The translations under genes and the position numbers were made by a program. From Coleofasciculaceae cyanobacterium (GTDB lineage Bacteria > Cyanobacteriota > Vampirovibrionia > Vampirovibrionales > Vampirovibrionaceae): a stretch of 64,000 nt of DNA. The notes under the pieces were generated by a model. That model saw only the letters and a list, made by a program, of their open reading frames with translations, was not told where the DNA came from and made no database searches. Shown one piece after another: positions 29,597 to 39,033 of the stretch (positions within the stretch are counted from its first letter, which is position 1; each line of letters starts with the position of its first letter). Location: contig DATNPJ010000015.1 of the NCBI GenBank assembly GCA_036703295.1, positions 15,994-79,993 of the forward strand, read 5' to 3'.

Positions 29597-29620
29597 AAAT
29601 TTTTCGAAGCTCTTAAAAAT

Positions 29621-29655
29621 CCGGCAGCCTCTCCAGGCTGCCGGATTTCGTTTTT
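29621..29655 (+). terminator. Rho-independent terminator after the peroxiredoxin gene (CCGGCAGCCtctccaGGCTGCCGG plus T-run)
   Basis: Perfect 9-bp stem followed by ATTTCGTTTTT. Confidence 0.65.
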
Positions 29656-29741
29656 CAGCTTTACAATTCGATACATTTTTCAAGAAGCCTCAAGTTCTGA
29701 GAAACATGGCCGAAATATAAGGTATATTCCAGCCAGAGGGG

Positions 29742-30860
29742 ATGATCCCGATGAGTCATGTGCAACCCATCAAAAAACGGGGCAAGACAGAATTTATGGT
29801 CCTGCTGTTTTTGCTCGCGGCGGCTGGCCTGGGCGGCCTGTCTCTGGCCAGCGGTTCGTTATCGGGCGGACAACCCACCAGCGACCTGTTTAGCGAAAAC
29901 CTGATTGGTTCAAAAATGCCCCTCCCGCTCGAACAGCCTGGCAGCGGTTTGCCCATCAGAGCAATACCCTCTCAATACAAGACATTGGGCAATGTCGATG
30001 ACCGCTACACGGTAGCCGTCGATCCGGAGTCCGGTGCAATGCTCATCCATGATGCCATGGGCGGGATTGGCACCAACAATACCAGCGTGGAGGGAGTCCG
30101 CGCCCGGTTGGCCAACGATATGGTGAATGTAGAGGATTACGCCAAGCAGAACAAAGGGAACTTGCCCGAAGATGCCTATGACTGGCTGAGAAAGGTGGCC
30201 CGGGTCGGGACGAATCTCGCCTTTGGGGCCCCCGGACTACCGGCAAACATGCAACCCAAAATCAAGCAGCAATTGCTGGCCGAGCTGCACCACATCAGCG
30301 CCAACCCAACCGAAAGCATCATGCATACGGAGAAGTTCCTGGAGTTGGAAAAAACCTTCAATCTCCTGGATCAAGCCTATGCCAAAAATTACGCCAATCC
30401 CAGTCCAAGCGCCGATCCGACGATGGACTACCTGAGCTATGATCCGCTTTCCCCGCCCCTGGTTACCACCTTGGACTATACCGGTAGCGGCACACTGGCG
30501 GGTACACTTTCCACCGCGAATCTCTCGCCCAACTTGACGGCCATCGCTTCGGCCAGCAGTCCGACCGGTTATGTCACGGTCAGCGACTCCACAATCGCCG
30601 TCGCCCCAACCAGCAACACCACAACCAGTCCCACCACTACCGCGACAGTTAGCCCTGCAACCACTGCGACAATCAGCCCCACAGTCACCGCGACTGTCAG
30701 TCCCACGACTACCGCAGCCACCAGTCCCACTTTATCCGTCGCCGGATATTATGACTCCGTGCTGGGAACCAATCTGACCAGCAGTAGCACCGGTGGGCCT
30801 ACCGGAACGACAACGACCAGCACTCTTTCACCGAGCTTCACGACAACCACTGCGCCTTGA
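29742..30860 (+). CDS. Secreted/membrane-anchored protein with a C-terminal Thr/Pro/Ser-rich tandem-repeat (mucin-like) region
   Basis: N-terminal hydrophobic segment (MVLLFLLAAAGLGGLSLASG). C-terminal TTTSPTTTATVSPATTATISPTVTATVSPTTTAATSPT repeats. Confidence 0.6.
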   Translation: MIPMSHVQPIKKRGKTEFMVLLFLLAAAGLGGLSLASGSLSGGQPTSDLFSENLIGSKMPLPLEQPGSGLPIRAIPSQYKTLGNVDDRYTVAVDPESGAMLIHDAMGGIGTNNTSVEGVRARLANDMVNVEDYAKQNKGNLPEDAYDWLRKVARVGTNLAFGAPGLPANMQPKIKQQLLAELHHISANPTESIMHTEKFLELEKTFNLLDQAYAKNYANPSPSADPTMDYLSYDPLSPPLVTTLDYTGSGTLAGTLSTANLSPNLTAIASASSPTGYVTVSDSTIAVAPTSNTTTSPTTTATVSPATTATISPTVTATVSPTTTAATSPTLSVAGYYDSVLGTNLTSSSTGGPTGTTTTSTLSPSFTTTTAP

Positions 30861-30911
30861 GAGTCCATTACCAGCCAGAGTTGGCATGCGGCAGTAACAG
30901 AATAGTCTTAA

Positions 30912-30952
30912 ACAGAAAAGCAACCCGTTACAGGGTTGCTTTTCGTAGTTTT
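30912..30952. terminator. Bidirectional terminator between the convergent 29742 gene and rplA (AGCAACCC-gttaca-GGGTTGCT with T-runs on both strands)
   Basis: Seen directly in the sequence. Confidence 0.55.
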
Positions 30953-30965
30953 CAGAGCTTAATCG

Positions 30966-31694
30966 CTAGCCGAGCAGGTAATCGCGGATTTCGCCGCTCA
31001 GACGACCCGGATCCAGCTTGATACTGGGGCCCATGGTGGAGGTGATGTACACCGATTTCACGTAGGTCCCTTTGGCTGCCGAGGGCCTGGCGCGCAGGAT
31101 GGCGTCGTAGAGGGTGGCGAAGTTCCGCATGATCTGATCTTCGCTGAAGCGACCCTTGCCGATAGCCACGTGGACAATCCCTTGCTTGTCGGCGCGGAAT
31201 TCCACTTTACCGGCTTTCACATCCTTGATGGCCTGAGCCACATCGAAGGTCACGGTGCCGGTTTTAGGGTTGGGCATCAGGCCTTTAGGACCCAGCACCT
31301 TACCCAGCTTGCCCAGCAGAGCCATCGCATCCGGGGTGGCAATCAGGACATCGAAGTCCAGCCAATTTTCTTTTTCCATTTTTTCCACCAGGTCTTCGCT
31401 ACCGGCGAAATCGGCGCCTGCGGCCAGGGCTTCTTTCACTTTTTCGCCCTTGGCCACCACGGCCACCCGGATGGTCTTACCGGTGCCTTCCGGCAGGACG
31501 ACGGTGCTGCGGACCTGTTGATCGGCGTGCTTCACGTTAATACCAAGGCGGATGTGCGTTTCCACGGTTTCATCGAATTTGGCCAGTTCCAGGGCTTTTT
31601 TCAATGTGGAGACGCCTTCTTTCGCCGTGGTGGGTTGTTCCACGCCGTTGAGGAGTTCTTGGAATTTTTTATGACGTTTGCTCAGTTTAGGCAT
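30966..31694 (-). CDS. rplA: 50S ribosomal protein L1
   Basis: Full-length L1 homology ([10 protein letters not shown]...[22 protein letters not shown]). Confidence 0.9.
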   Translation of the reverse strand: MPKLSKRHKKFQELLNGVEQPTTAKEGVSTLKKALELAKFDETVETHIRLGINVKHADQQVRSTVVLPEGTGKTIRVAVVAKGEKVKEALAAGADFAGSEDLVEKMEKENWLDFDVLIATPDAMALLGKLGKVLGPKGLMPNPKTGTVTFDVAQAIKDVKAGKVEFRADKQGIVHVAIGKGRFSEDQIMRNFATLYDAILRARPSAAKGTYVKSVYITSTMGPSIKLDPGRLSGEIRDYLLG

Positions 31695-31781
31695 TGGTGT
31701 GATTCTCCTAGTGGTTCAGGCGAGCGCTTGCGCGTTCTCCCACGTTCAATTTCAATAACTGTAAAGTGTGAATTCGGGGTC

Positions 31782-32204
31782 TTATTCGCAGGTCACGCCC
31801 ATGCTGCGGGCAGTGCCGCGGACCATCTGCTCCGCCGAAGCGACGGTGTGGCAGTTGAGGTCGGACATTTTCATTTCGGCGATTTTAGTCACCTGGCTGG
31901 CGCTCAGGTTACCCACTTTCTGGGTATTGGGCTTGCCGGAACCTTTGGGAACACCGGCTTCCTGGATAATCAGGAAGGACACCGGCGGGGTTTTGAGGAC
32001 GAACGTAAAGGAGCGATCCTCGAAAACCGTGATCTCAACCGGGATAATCTGGCCGGTCTTGTCGGAAGTCTGCGCATTGTACTGTTTGCAGAATTCCATG
32101 ATGTTGACGCCGTGCTGACCGAGCGCGGGACCCACTGGGGGAGCCGGGTTGGCCTTGCCGGCCGGCAACTGCAATTTGATTTTGCCTGTTACTTTCTTAG
32201 CCAC
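31782..32204 (-). CDS. rplK: 50S ribosomal protein L11
   Basis: [40 protein letters not shown] matches the L11 signature. Confidence 0.9.
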   Translation of the reverse strand: MAKKVTGKIKLQLPAGKANPAPPVGPALGQHGVNIMEFCKQYNAQTSDKTGQIIPVEITVFEDRSFTFVLKTPPVSFLIIQEAGVPKGSGKPNTQKVGNLSASQVTKIAEMKMSDLNCHTVASAEQMVRGTARSMGVTCE

Positions 32205-32336
32205 TGGAACTGTTTCCTCCGTTGATACGCTGGGGCGACCACGCCCATGTGAAAGCTATCTAGTGAATGTAGATCAAAAACGGCGTCAGATCCACCTCAT
32301 GGCTTGAAATTCATGAGACGAATGCCGAAGTCGGGC

Positions 32337-33083
32337 CTAGTGTATTTTTTGCACCTGGTTGAAAGCCAGCTCGACCGGGGTTTCGCGGCCGAAGATGGAA
32401 ACCGAGGCTTTGAGGCGCTCTTTCTCCGGACTGACCTCGGTGACGGTTCCTTCGAAGTCGGCAAACGGACCGCTGATGATGCGGACAATCTCGCCCACCT
32501 TGAGGTCGATCTCGATCTTGGCGACGGCTGCCGTTGGCTGGGCCCGCAGCAGGATGCGTTTGATCTCGATGTCTTTGGCCGGGATGGGCTTTTTCTGGGA
32601 GCCGACAAACTTAGTGACACCCGGCGTGTGGCGAACCACGTACCAGGAATCGTCATCCATCAGCATCTCAACCAGCACATAACCCGGGAAGATACGCTCT
32701 TCTTTCTCGGTGCGCTTGCCGTCTTTAATCTTGGTCACGGTTTTATTCGGCACTTCCACCCGGAAAATCTTGTCCTGCATGTTCATGGACTCGATCCGCC
32801 GCTCAAGGTTCACTTTTACCTTGTTTTCATGGCCGGAGTAGGTGTGCACAATGTACCAGCGACGCTTGGGCGGACGCTTCAGCGGACGGTCGGATTCTTC
32901 GCTGACGGAAATCGCCTTGTCGGTATTCTTCTCGGAAAGCACTCTCACCCGATGATCGACGGAAACTTCCTCGATTTCGGTGCCTTCACCGTCTTCATCA
33001 TCGAAATCTGCCGCAAATTCGTCGGCGTGAGACGCTTTCATCTCTTCAGCGGGCGTCAGGTTGTCGTTTTCAATGAGGTCCAT
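32337..33083 (-). CDS. nusG: Transcription termination/antitermination factor NusG with an about 70-aa acidic N-terminal extension
   Basis: NGN domain (RRWYIVHTYSGHENKV) and C-terminal KOW motif (GEIVRIISGPFADFEGTV). The N-terminus is D/E-rich. Confidence 0.85.
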   Translation of the reverse strand: MDLIENDNLTPAEEMKASHADEFAADFDDEDGEGTEIEEVSVDHRVRVLSEKNTDKAISVSEESDRPLKRPPKRRWYIVHTYSGHENKVKVNLERRIESMNMQDKIFRVEVPNKTVTKIKDGKRTEKEERIFPGYVLVEMLMDDDSWYVVRHTPGVTKFVGSQKKPIPAKDIEIKRILLRAQPTAAVAKIEIDLKVGEIVRIISGPFADFEGTVTEVSPEKERLKASVSIFGRETPVELAFNQVQKIH

Positions 33084-33107
33084 ATACAGGTTCCTGCCTT
33101 TGATGTC

Positions 33108-33404
33108 CTAACTGTGTTGCGGGGTGATCAGCTTGATCAGCTGGTGCAGGGAGTTGTCGATAATGGACAACCCGACCGTCATGATGGAAACCATCACCAG
33201 CACTACAATGGTCTGTCCCCAGATTTGCGGCCAAGTGGGCCAGCTGATTTTGTGCCACTCGGATTGCACGCCTTTCAGGTAGTTCTTGATTCTGTCCACG
33301 GGGGACTCCATGCTTTCCGTCGGGCGTGGTTTCTTGTCTGTCTTGTCCACTTCTCTTTTCGCCGGTTTCTTGGATGTGTCTTTAACGGGGGCCATAGCTG
33401 TCAA
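33108..33404 (-). CDS. secE: Preprotein translocase subunit SecE (TTG start at 33404, or ATG at 33395)
   Basis: Basic N-terminus plus a single C-terminal TM helix. Conserved position between tRNA-Trp and nusG. Confidence 0.8.
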   Translation of the reverse strand: MTAMAPVKDTSKKPAKREVDKTDKKPRPTESMESPVDRIKNYLKGVQSEWHKISWPTWPQIWGQTIVVLVMVSIMTVGLSIIDNSLHQLIKLITPQHS

Positions 33405-33447
33405 TCAAAACTCCGGTTGCCCGGTTACGGGCTGGAAAAAGAAAAAA

Positions 33448-33520
33448 CGCGCCCTGAAGGACTCGAACCTCCGACATGCGGTTTTGGAGACCGCCGTTCT
33501 ACCAACTGAACTAAGGACGC
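33448..33520 (-). tRNA. trnW: tRNA-Trp (anticodon CCA)
   Basis: Cloverleaf folded by hand. Acceptor stem GCGTCCT/AGGGCGC, D-arm GTTC-AGTTGGT-AGAAC, anticodon stem GCGGT/ACCGC with loop CTCCAAA, T-arm GGAGG-TTCGAGT-CCTTC. No encoded CCA. Classic position in the rpmG-tRNATrp-secE-nusG cluster. Confidence 0.85.
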
Positions 33521-33751
33521 ACGCTGTCATGGTGTGGGTTACTCTCGACAAATGGCTCGCGGGATTCAACTTAAGTGCCCTTTCGCGTGCTCTTTCGCAG
33601 AGCCGCCGGGAACTTCATCCGATTTACAACTTAAAACAGGCCCTGCGGCCTGTCAAACTTCTAAATCTTTGTGATTTTGTGTACACATTTGTAATACAAA
33701 CGACGAGCGAAAACAAGCCTTGTTTCCCAAAGAAAAATAAAGCGGCCGGTT

Positions 33752-33916
33752 TTAACGGGTTTCGCGATGGATGGTGTGGCTACCGCAGCGTGGGCAATAC
33801 TTTTTCAGTTCCAAACGCTCGGTAGCCTGGCTCTGGCTTTTGGGGGTGGTGTAGTTACGCTCGGAGCACTCCACGCAGGCCAGCGTCACCTTTTTCTCAT
33901 TTTTCTTGAAGCCCAT
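33752..33916 (-). CDS. rpmG: 50S ribosomal protein L33 (54 aa from MGFKKNEKK; ORF is open to 33964)
   Basis: Contains the L33 zinc-ribbon cysteines (CVECSERNY...[14 protein letters not shown]). Confidence 0.8.
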   Translation of the reverse strand: MGFKKNEKKVTLACVECSERNYTTPKSQSQATERLELKKYCPRCGSHTIHRETR

Positions 33917-34513
33917 GGTGCTTTGAATATCCGCATTCTTACGTGGTGGGCATCTTAGCCCCAACGTCCCACCGAGTCAACCAACCGGGGCATGCCGGGC
34001 ATCGGGCTTGATGGCATACCCTGAGAAGAATACGATGAAATTCGACCTTCTACAGAGCCAGATCCCATCAGCGCTTACCCATCCGGCCATAAAAACCAAA
34101 AAGCCACTCTCAGGAATTGCCTTCCCAAGAAATCATACCCAGAACGGCTGAGTTTGATTGACTTTCGGAATGAGGCCAATTTCAATATTTTTCTTGAATC
34201 CTCATGACATCATCTGTATATTCCAATTGGATGGTGCCGATCGGGAACAAAATGGCGTTGCGCTCATCTGTAAACTTTAAGTTTTTTTAAGCACCCCGTT
34301 CTAGCGCGGAAAGCGCCGAATGGATCGTCCCGCAAGCCTCTCCAACCTTTCAGATCCGGCGATCGCTCGTAAACTTTTCTTACAAATCTATTCAACTCAT
34401 TGTTTATTCAGGAGTCCGTATAGTAAACTAAAAATTGTCTAAATCAGCTTGTTTCAGGCCCCCACGCCCAACCGACAGGCCCCAACTTGTATCGACAGGA
34501 GAGTTTAGAGGCA

Positions 34514-35008
34514 GTGACCATTGCCGTTTACCCGGGAAGCTTCGATCCCATTACGATGGGGCACGTTGACGTCGTGACCCGGGCCAGCCAGCTCTTTGAA
34601 ACCATTGTGATGGCGGTGGTCCGGAATCCCGGAAAGTCTCCCCAGTTCTCCCTGGAAGAGCGGGTTGAATTTGTGCGGGAAAGCACGAAGCATCTTAAAA
34701 ACGTCAAAGTGGAATCCTTTGAAGGACTGACCGTGGATCTGGCGAAAACCCACAATGCCAAGGTCATCATTCGGGGCCTGCGAGCCGTTTCCGACTTTGA
34801 TCACGAATTCGCCATGTCCCAGATGAACAAGCGGCTGTGCCCCGAGGTAGAGACTATCTTTATGATGGCCGGACTGGAATACCAGTTCCTCTCCTCCAGC
34901 ATGACCAAGGAAGTGGCCCGTCTGGGCGGCGACATCGGCGGGCTGGTGCCTGCCAAGGTCACACCGTACCTGAGCCGGGGATCCCGCGTTGAAAAGGCGG
35001 GTGCCTGA
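34514..35008 (+). CDS. coaD: Phosphopantetheine adenylyltransferase (GTG start 34514; SD AGGAGA)
   Basis: IAVYPGSFDPITMGHVDVV carries the (H/T)xGH nucleotidyltransferase motif. Full-length CoaD. Confidence 0.85.
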   Translation: MTIAVYPGSFDPITMGHVDVVTRASQLFETIVMAVVRNPGKSPQFSLEERVEFVRESTKHLKNVKVESFEGLTVDLAKTHNAKVIIRGLRAVSDFDHEFAMSQMNKRLCPEVETIFMMAGLEYQFLSSSMTKEVARLGGDIGGLVPAKVTPYLSRGSRVEKAGA

Positions 35009-35271
35009 TGGGCGAGCGCGGCGAAATTATGCAGTTGATGGACGAGATGGAAGCCCTGGTGTTGAAAAAGGGCTGGCCGGTGCCATTTACACCTTACTAC
35101 CTGGTGAATCACGAAAAAATGTTATCCCTGATGGATCAACTGCGCGCCAGCTTGCAGGATGAGCTGGACAGCCGCTTCATCAAGGCCTTCGCGCCGGATG
35201 CCAACAACCCATCCGGGGATACCGAAAAAAATGTTCAGAAGAAAAGCAAGGGAAAGGAGAGAAGCCATTAA
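35008..35271 (+). CDS. Hypothetical small protein (87 aa) carrying a VPFTP-motif domain; tandem paralog A
   Basis: ATGA overlap with the coaD stop. The domain M.E.ME.L.L..G.PVPFTP..VN.EK...L.D..R..L recurs at the N-terminus of the next gene. Confidence 0.45.
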   Translation: MGERGEIMQLMDEMEALVLKKGWPVPFTPYYLVNHEKMLSLMDQLRASLQDELDSRFIKAFAPDANNPSGDTEKNVQKKSKGKERSH

Positions 35272-35284
35272 CAACTTCGCCAAA

Positions 35285-35977
35285 ATGATCGAGCGGATGG
35301 AAGATCTCATTCTGACGGGGATGGGAGTTCCTTTTACGCCATTAACCGTTGTTAACGGAGAAAAACTGGTGCCTCTCCTGGATCGGATTCGGGAAAATCT
35401 TCCCGCTGAAATCCAGCAGGCCCAGCGGGTGCTGGAGCGCCGCGACGACATCGTGAGCGATGCCCAGACCAAGGCCAACCAGATCCTTCAGGACGCCAAG
35501 AAGCAATCGGAGTTCATGCTGAGCGATTCCGAACTGCTGCGGGCCGTCCATGACGAGGCCAACCGTATCCGCCAGCAAATCACCATGGAGCTGGAAGCCA
35601 TGCGGAAAAAGGCCTTCGAAGAGGCCGAAGCGGTGAAAGCCCAGGCCTTTGAAGAGGCCAAGGCCATCCGGGAAGGTTCCGATCAGTACGCGGAAGCCAT
35701 TCTCGGCAGCCTGGACAAAAGCCTGGTCGAGTTTCAGTCCGTGGTGCGCAACGGTCAGCGCTACCTGAAAAAGGCGCGCCATGATGCGATGCAGCAGATC
35801 GCCGCGCAGCAGCAGCCCCCAGCTGTGCGCACCGGCTACGCCCCCTACCAATCGCCCCAACAGGAACACGCTTACGGCGAGGCTTCCTATTCAAGCGTCC
35901 CAGGGAGCCATCAGCAAGCCGAACCCGGCAGCTACGCCCAGGAGTTTCTGCGGCAAACCACACTGACCCACTACTAG
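35285..35977 (+). CDS. Hypothetical protein with an N-terminal VPFTP-motif domain (paralog B) plus a long E/A/K-rich coiled coil. Start is uncertain; the ORF is open from 35159.
   Basis: MIERMEDLILTGMGVPFTPLTVVNGEKL parallels gene A. The C-terminal coiled coil (AFEEAEAVKAQAFEEAKAIREG) resembles ATP-synthase b/H-type stalk proteins in composition. Confidence 0.45.
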   Translation: MIERMEDLILTGMGVPFTPLTVVNGEKLVPLLDRIRENLPAEIQQAQRVLERRDDIVSDAQTKANQILQDAKKQSEFMLSDSELLRAVHDEANRIRQQITMELEAMRKKAFEEAEAVKAQAFEEAKAIREGSDQYAEAILGSLDKSLVEFQSVVRNGQRYLKKARHDAMQQIAAQQQPPAVRTGYAPYQSPQQEHAYGEASYSSVPGSHQQAEPGSYAQEFLRQTTLTHY

Positions 35978-36011
35978 AAATTTTTCTTCTTACATCGTTT
36001 CTGCGCACCTT

Positions 36012-36048
36012 GAAGCACTCAGCAGGTCTCAGGGTGCTTTTCTTTTGG
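36012..36048 (+). terminator. Rho-independent terminator (AAGCAC-tcagcaggtctcagg-GTGCTT then TTCTTTTGG)
   Basis: Hairpin plus T-run after the stop of the 35285 gene. Confidence 0.5.
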
Positions 36049-36164
36049 GTGGTCTCCTGGCTGTTTTGCGTACTCTCTGCCGTTCTGTCAGGCAAAAAAG
36101 ACATTTGTGCCAATGTGATTTTCTTCAAAGACACGGAGGCGGGATTCTTTGCGGATATGCTTTT

Positions 36165-37007
36165 CTATCGTGGACAAGTAGGGACTAAAGCTACTTCTCG
36201 CCAGCCAAAGTGCTCTCTGGGAACGAGGCTCCAGGGATTAAAGTTTCGGACTGCGTCAACTCCAACCCCTCTTGATTCGATCAACTGCAGAACATCCTGT
36301 TCCAACTGGTTCAGGAATGCATCCTCCTCTTCCCCATGGGCCTGTCGAGCCTTTTTCAATACAGCCACCCGAGATAGGCGCTTCCATAACTCTCCCATCG
36401 GACCCAGTTCAAAGGATTTCACTTTTCCTTGCCGCCGCTCTTCCAGAGAGCTGATCGTGTTGTGCTTGATATCCGCCGCCTTGACCTTCCGGACCGAACG
36501 AGGCGCTGTCTGTAAATACCTCAGCATGGCCAGCTGTTCAAGAATCACTTTTTCAATCGGACTTGAAAACTGGGCCTTTGGGACGGGTTGATACGAGCAT
36601 CCATCCACCACGTCGGCAACCTTTTTGTCAAAGTGCATGATCACATCTTTTAGCCGTGCCGCTCCACCCTGGTCTTCGGTGATGTCATGCATCAGGGCGG
36701 CCATGATTTCGCCCAGCGTTCCGTCTTGTTCCACTGTGTACATAGCGACACTGAGAATATGACAGTTGAAAGGGTACCGCCCACCATACAATTGGTTTTT
36801 GTGGGCCTCTGTCGCATAGCGAATACACTCAATCAGAATTTCAGGGAACTTGTTTGGGGCGTGAGTCAAGTTCTTGATCAACGTATTGATAACCTCTGCC
36901 TGTTTGGGTCCCGTCCCTGAGGTCCCCAGGGCTTTGAGCTTCTCCACTGCCATCCCAAATTCCCGGCCCAGTGTCCGTAGTGCTAATGGATCCAGGGACT
37001 GCTCCAT
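36165..37007 (-). CDS. HD-domain phosphohydrolase, RelA/SpoT-hydrolase-like (possible small alarmone hydrolase). ORF is open to 37157; start is uncertain.
   Basis: H...HD signature (EAHKNQLYGGRYPFNCHILSVA...AALMHDITEDQGG) resembles the (p)ppGpp hydrolase HD domain. Confidence 0.55.
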   Translation of the reverse strand: MEQSLDPLALRTLGREFGMAVEKLKALGTSGTGPKQAEVINTLIKNLTHAPNKFPEILIECIRYATEAHKNQLYGGRYPFNCHILSVAMYTVEQDGTLGEIMAALMHDITEDQGGAARLKDVIMHFDKKVADVVDGCSYQPVPKAQFSSPIEKVILEQLAMLRYLQTAPRSVRKVKAADIKHNTISSLEERRQGKVKSFELGPMGELWKRLSRVAVLKKARQAHGEEEDAFLNQLEQDVLQLIESRGVGVDAVRNFNPWSLVPREHFGWREVALVPTCPR

Positions 37008-37260
37008 GAGGTTACCCGTCTTCAGCGTAGAAGTCCGACCCTTGCCAGAAAAATAGAGGGTATCTGGAATTGGGCGCGGTTCCCGCAGCAGATTTACGGG
37101 CATCTGCCCTGCAGGCCATCGAGCCGTTCTTCCCGTTAGGGAAAATGGATAGAGCATGGGTTAGGGTAGGTCCTGATCAAATAGGGACTCAAGAGGGATG
37201 AACATGTCTGAAGGAGAAGAATTGCCTTTCCTTCATTTTTCTTTTACAAACGGGGACGGG

Positions 37261-38637
37261 TTAACGCACCGGCAGTTCGGCGTTCAAGACCACTTTGCGC
37301 AGCAGGGTGACCAGTTGGTTATCATACAGCGTCATGCGACCCTGACCGATGACCGGAAGCGCGTCCAAGGGTTCGTGGGCGTGGGCGCGGTGGGGACGAT
37401 AGGAAGTCAGTGCGTCGAACACGTCGGTCAGGGCCAGGATGCGCCCCCCCACCGAGATTTCGAAGCCCTTTTTCTGGCCGGGGTAGCCCTTACCGTTCAT
37501 CCGCTCGTGGTGTTCGCTGGCCCATAGCTGAATATTTTCGAAGCCGGGCACAGCTTTCAGCACTTCCTGGGTCATGACGGGATGACTCTGAATGACTTCC
37601 CGCTCTTCGACGGTCAGCAAACCGGGTTTCGTCAGGATGCTCATCGGGGTTGCCAGGTGGCCGATGTCCATCAGCATGGCGGCCATGGCCAATTCACCGC
37701 ATTGCTCCCGGTGGATGCCCAGCGATTCGGCCAGCCGCATAGCCAGCTGGGCCATGTTCTGGGAGCGGTTGCCTTTGTAAAGCGGCATCATCATATCCGG
37801 CAGCTCGCCCAGCGCCGAAACAATGCTCAGCAGGGTATGTCCGTCCATGGGGAGGGAGCGCTGGGGCAACAGGCAGCGCAACATGTTTTCCACTTCCAGG
37901 GTGGAAATCATGCGCAACAGATCGTCATAGGCTTCGATCATGCCGGTAAAGACCTCGATGACCTGCGGATCGAACTTGCCGGGCGCTTTAATCTCCAGAA
38001 AGTTATCCAGGGACTGGCGGCGGGTGGAGAATCCTGAAACCTCTTGCGCAGGCCTACCCAGAACGCCTTCCACCACATCAGCGAAGGCCATGATACGGGC
38101 GCCTATCGGAATTTGCTCTCCCGACAAGCCAAACGGATAGCCGGTGCCGTCATAAAGCTCGTGGTGCGCGGCAATCAATTCCGCCACATCTTCGGAAAGG
38201 GTCATTTTGCACACAAAATCGCGGGCGGCCAGCGGATGCTGGCTGAGCATGTGCTCCAGGTCGCCGGAAAGCGGGCGCTCGTGGGGCGTGCCGATCACGC
38301 GGGCATTGAACAGCGGATGAGCCTGGAAAAGCATCTTTTCCGAGACCCCTGGGGGCAGGTGGGGCACGATATCCGCAATCATCCGGATCAGCCCGATATC
38401 ATGCAGCAGGCTGGCGTAGACGATGGTCCCGACTTCCCGAGGCGGCAAACCCATCATCTTGGCGATGGATCCGGCCAGAACCGCCACTTTCATACCGGAG
38501 CGCAAGGGTTTTCCTTCCAGCAGATCCATTGCCTTGGAAGCAGCCAGCAGCAAATCGGTATGGGTTGGCGCCGGACGCCCCGCCGGACCATTGTCCAGCC
38601 CTTGAAAACGCTCCGCCACTTCCGTAAAAACGCTCAC
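37261..38637 (-). CDS. Tandem double HD-GYP domain protein (c-di-GMP phosphodiesterase family); the second domain has a degenerate HD motif
   Basis: Domain 1: LLHDIGLI...HHELYDGTGYP. Domain 2: LMDIGHLA (HD replaced by MD) but retains HHERMNGKGYP. GTG start with SD GAGGA. Confidence 0.8.
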   Translation of the reverse strand: MSVFTEVAERFQGLDNGPAGRPAPTHTDLLLAASKAMDLLEGKPLRSGMKVAVLAGSIAKMMGLPPREVGTIVYASLLHDIGLIRMIADIVPHLPPGVSEKMLFQAHPLFNARVIGTPHERPLSGDLEHMLSQHPLAARDFVCKMTLSEDVAELIAAHHELYDGTGYPFGLSGEQIPIGARIMAFADVVEGVLGRPAQEVSGFSTRRQSLDNFLEIKAPGKFDPQVIEVFTGMIEAYDDLLRMISTLEVENMLRCLLPQRSLPMDGHTLLSIVSALGELPDMMMPLYKGNRSQNMAQLAMRLAESLGIHREQCGELAMAAMLMDIGHLATPMSILTKPGLLTVEEREVIQSHPVMTQEVLKAVPGFENIQLWASEHHERMNGKGYPGQKKGFEISVGGRILALTDVFDALTSYRPHRAHAHEPLDALPVIGQGRMTLYDNQLVTLLRKVVLNAELPVR

Positions 38638-39033
38638 GACGATATCCTCGATAACCTGTGTGCATTCTATTCTATTACAATCGGCCTGATAAGGACCTCC
38701 GGCATGTTGCAGAACGCAATGAAAAATAACACTTCATCCTCAACTATTGATAGCGTAAGCCGGAAAACGCCTTGGACGTCCAAAATCAGGCATTCCGATC
38801 CACCCATTGCCTGCATCCGGCTCCTGGTCTGGCCTGGCCTGGCCTTTTCAGCTTAAACCCTGCCCTGGAAAACGAATTCCGGATTCTTACAGTCGGGTTT
38901 TTACTTAGCACCAATTACCCGGCTCTGGTTTTTACAATGATGTTCAGGTACAATACCCGTCAACGTGGATCAGGTAGTATCCGGAAATCAGTTCGGATCA
39001 CTGGTGGGTTTATTGACTAGATAGGGTTTAGGA

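Noticed and set aside
31170-33509. Long plus-strand ORFs (351 and 401 aa) spanning rplA, rplK, nusG, secE and the tRNA
   Set aside because: They are antisense to a textbook ribosomal cluster and run straight through a tRNA gene.
33521-33751. Possible hairpin terminators between rpmG and tRNA-Trp
   Set aside because: Candidate stems (AAACAAG/CTTGTTT and GCGGCCGG) have loops that are too short or ambiguous to call with confidence.
38772-39020. 82-aa ORF in the divergent promoter region between the two HD-GYP genes
   Set aside because: No RBS and an odd composition. More likely promoter DNA. It also contains a short GGCCTGGCCTGGCCTGGCC microsatellite-like run.
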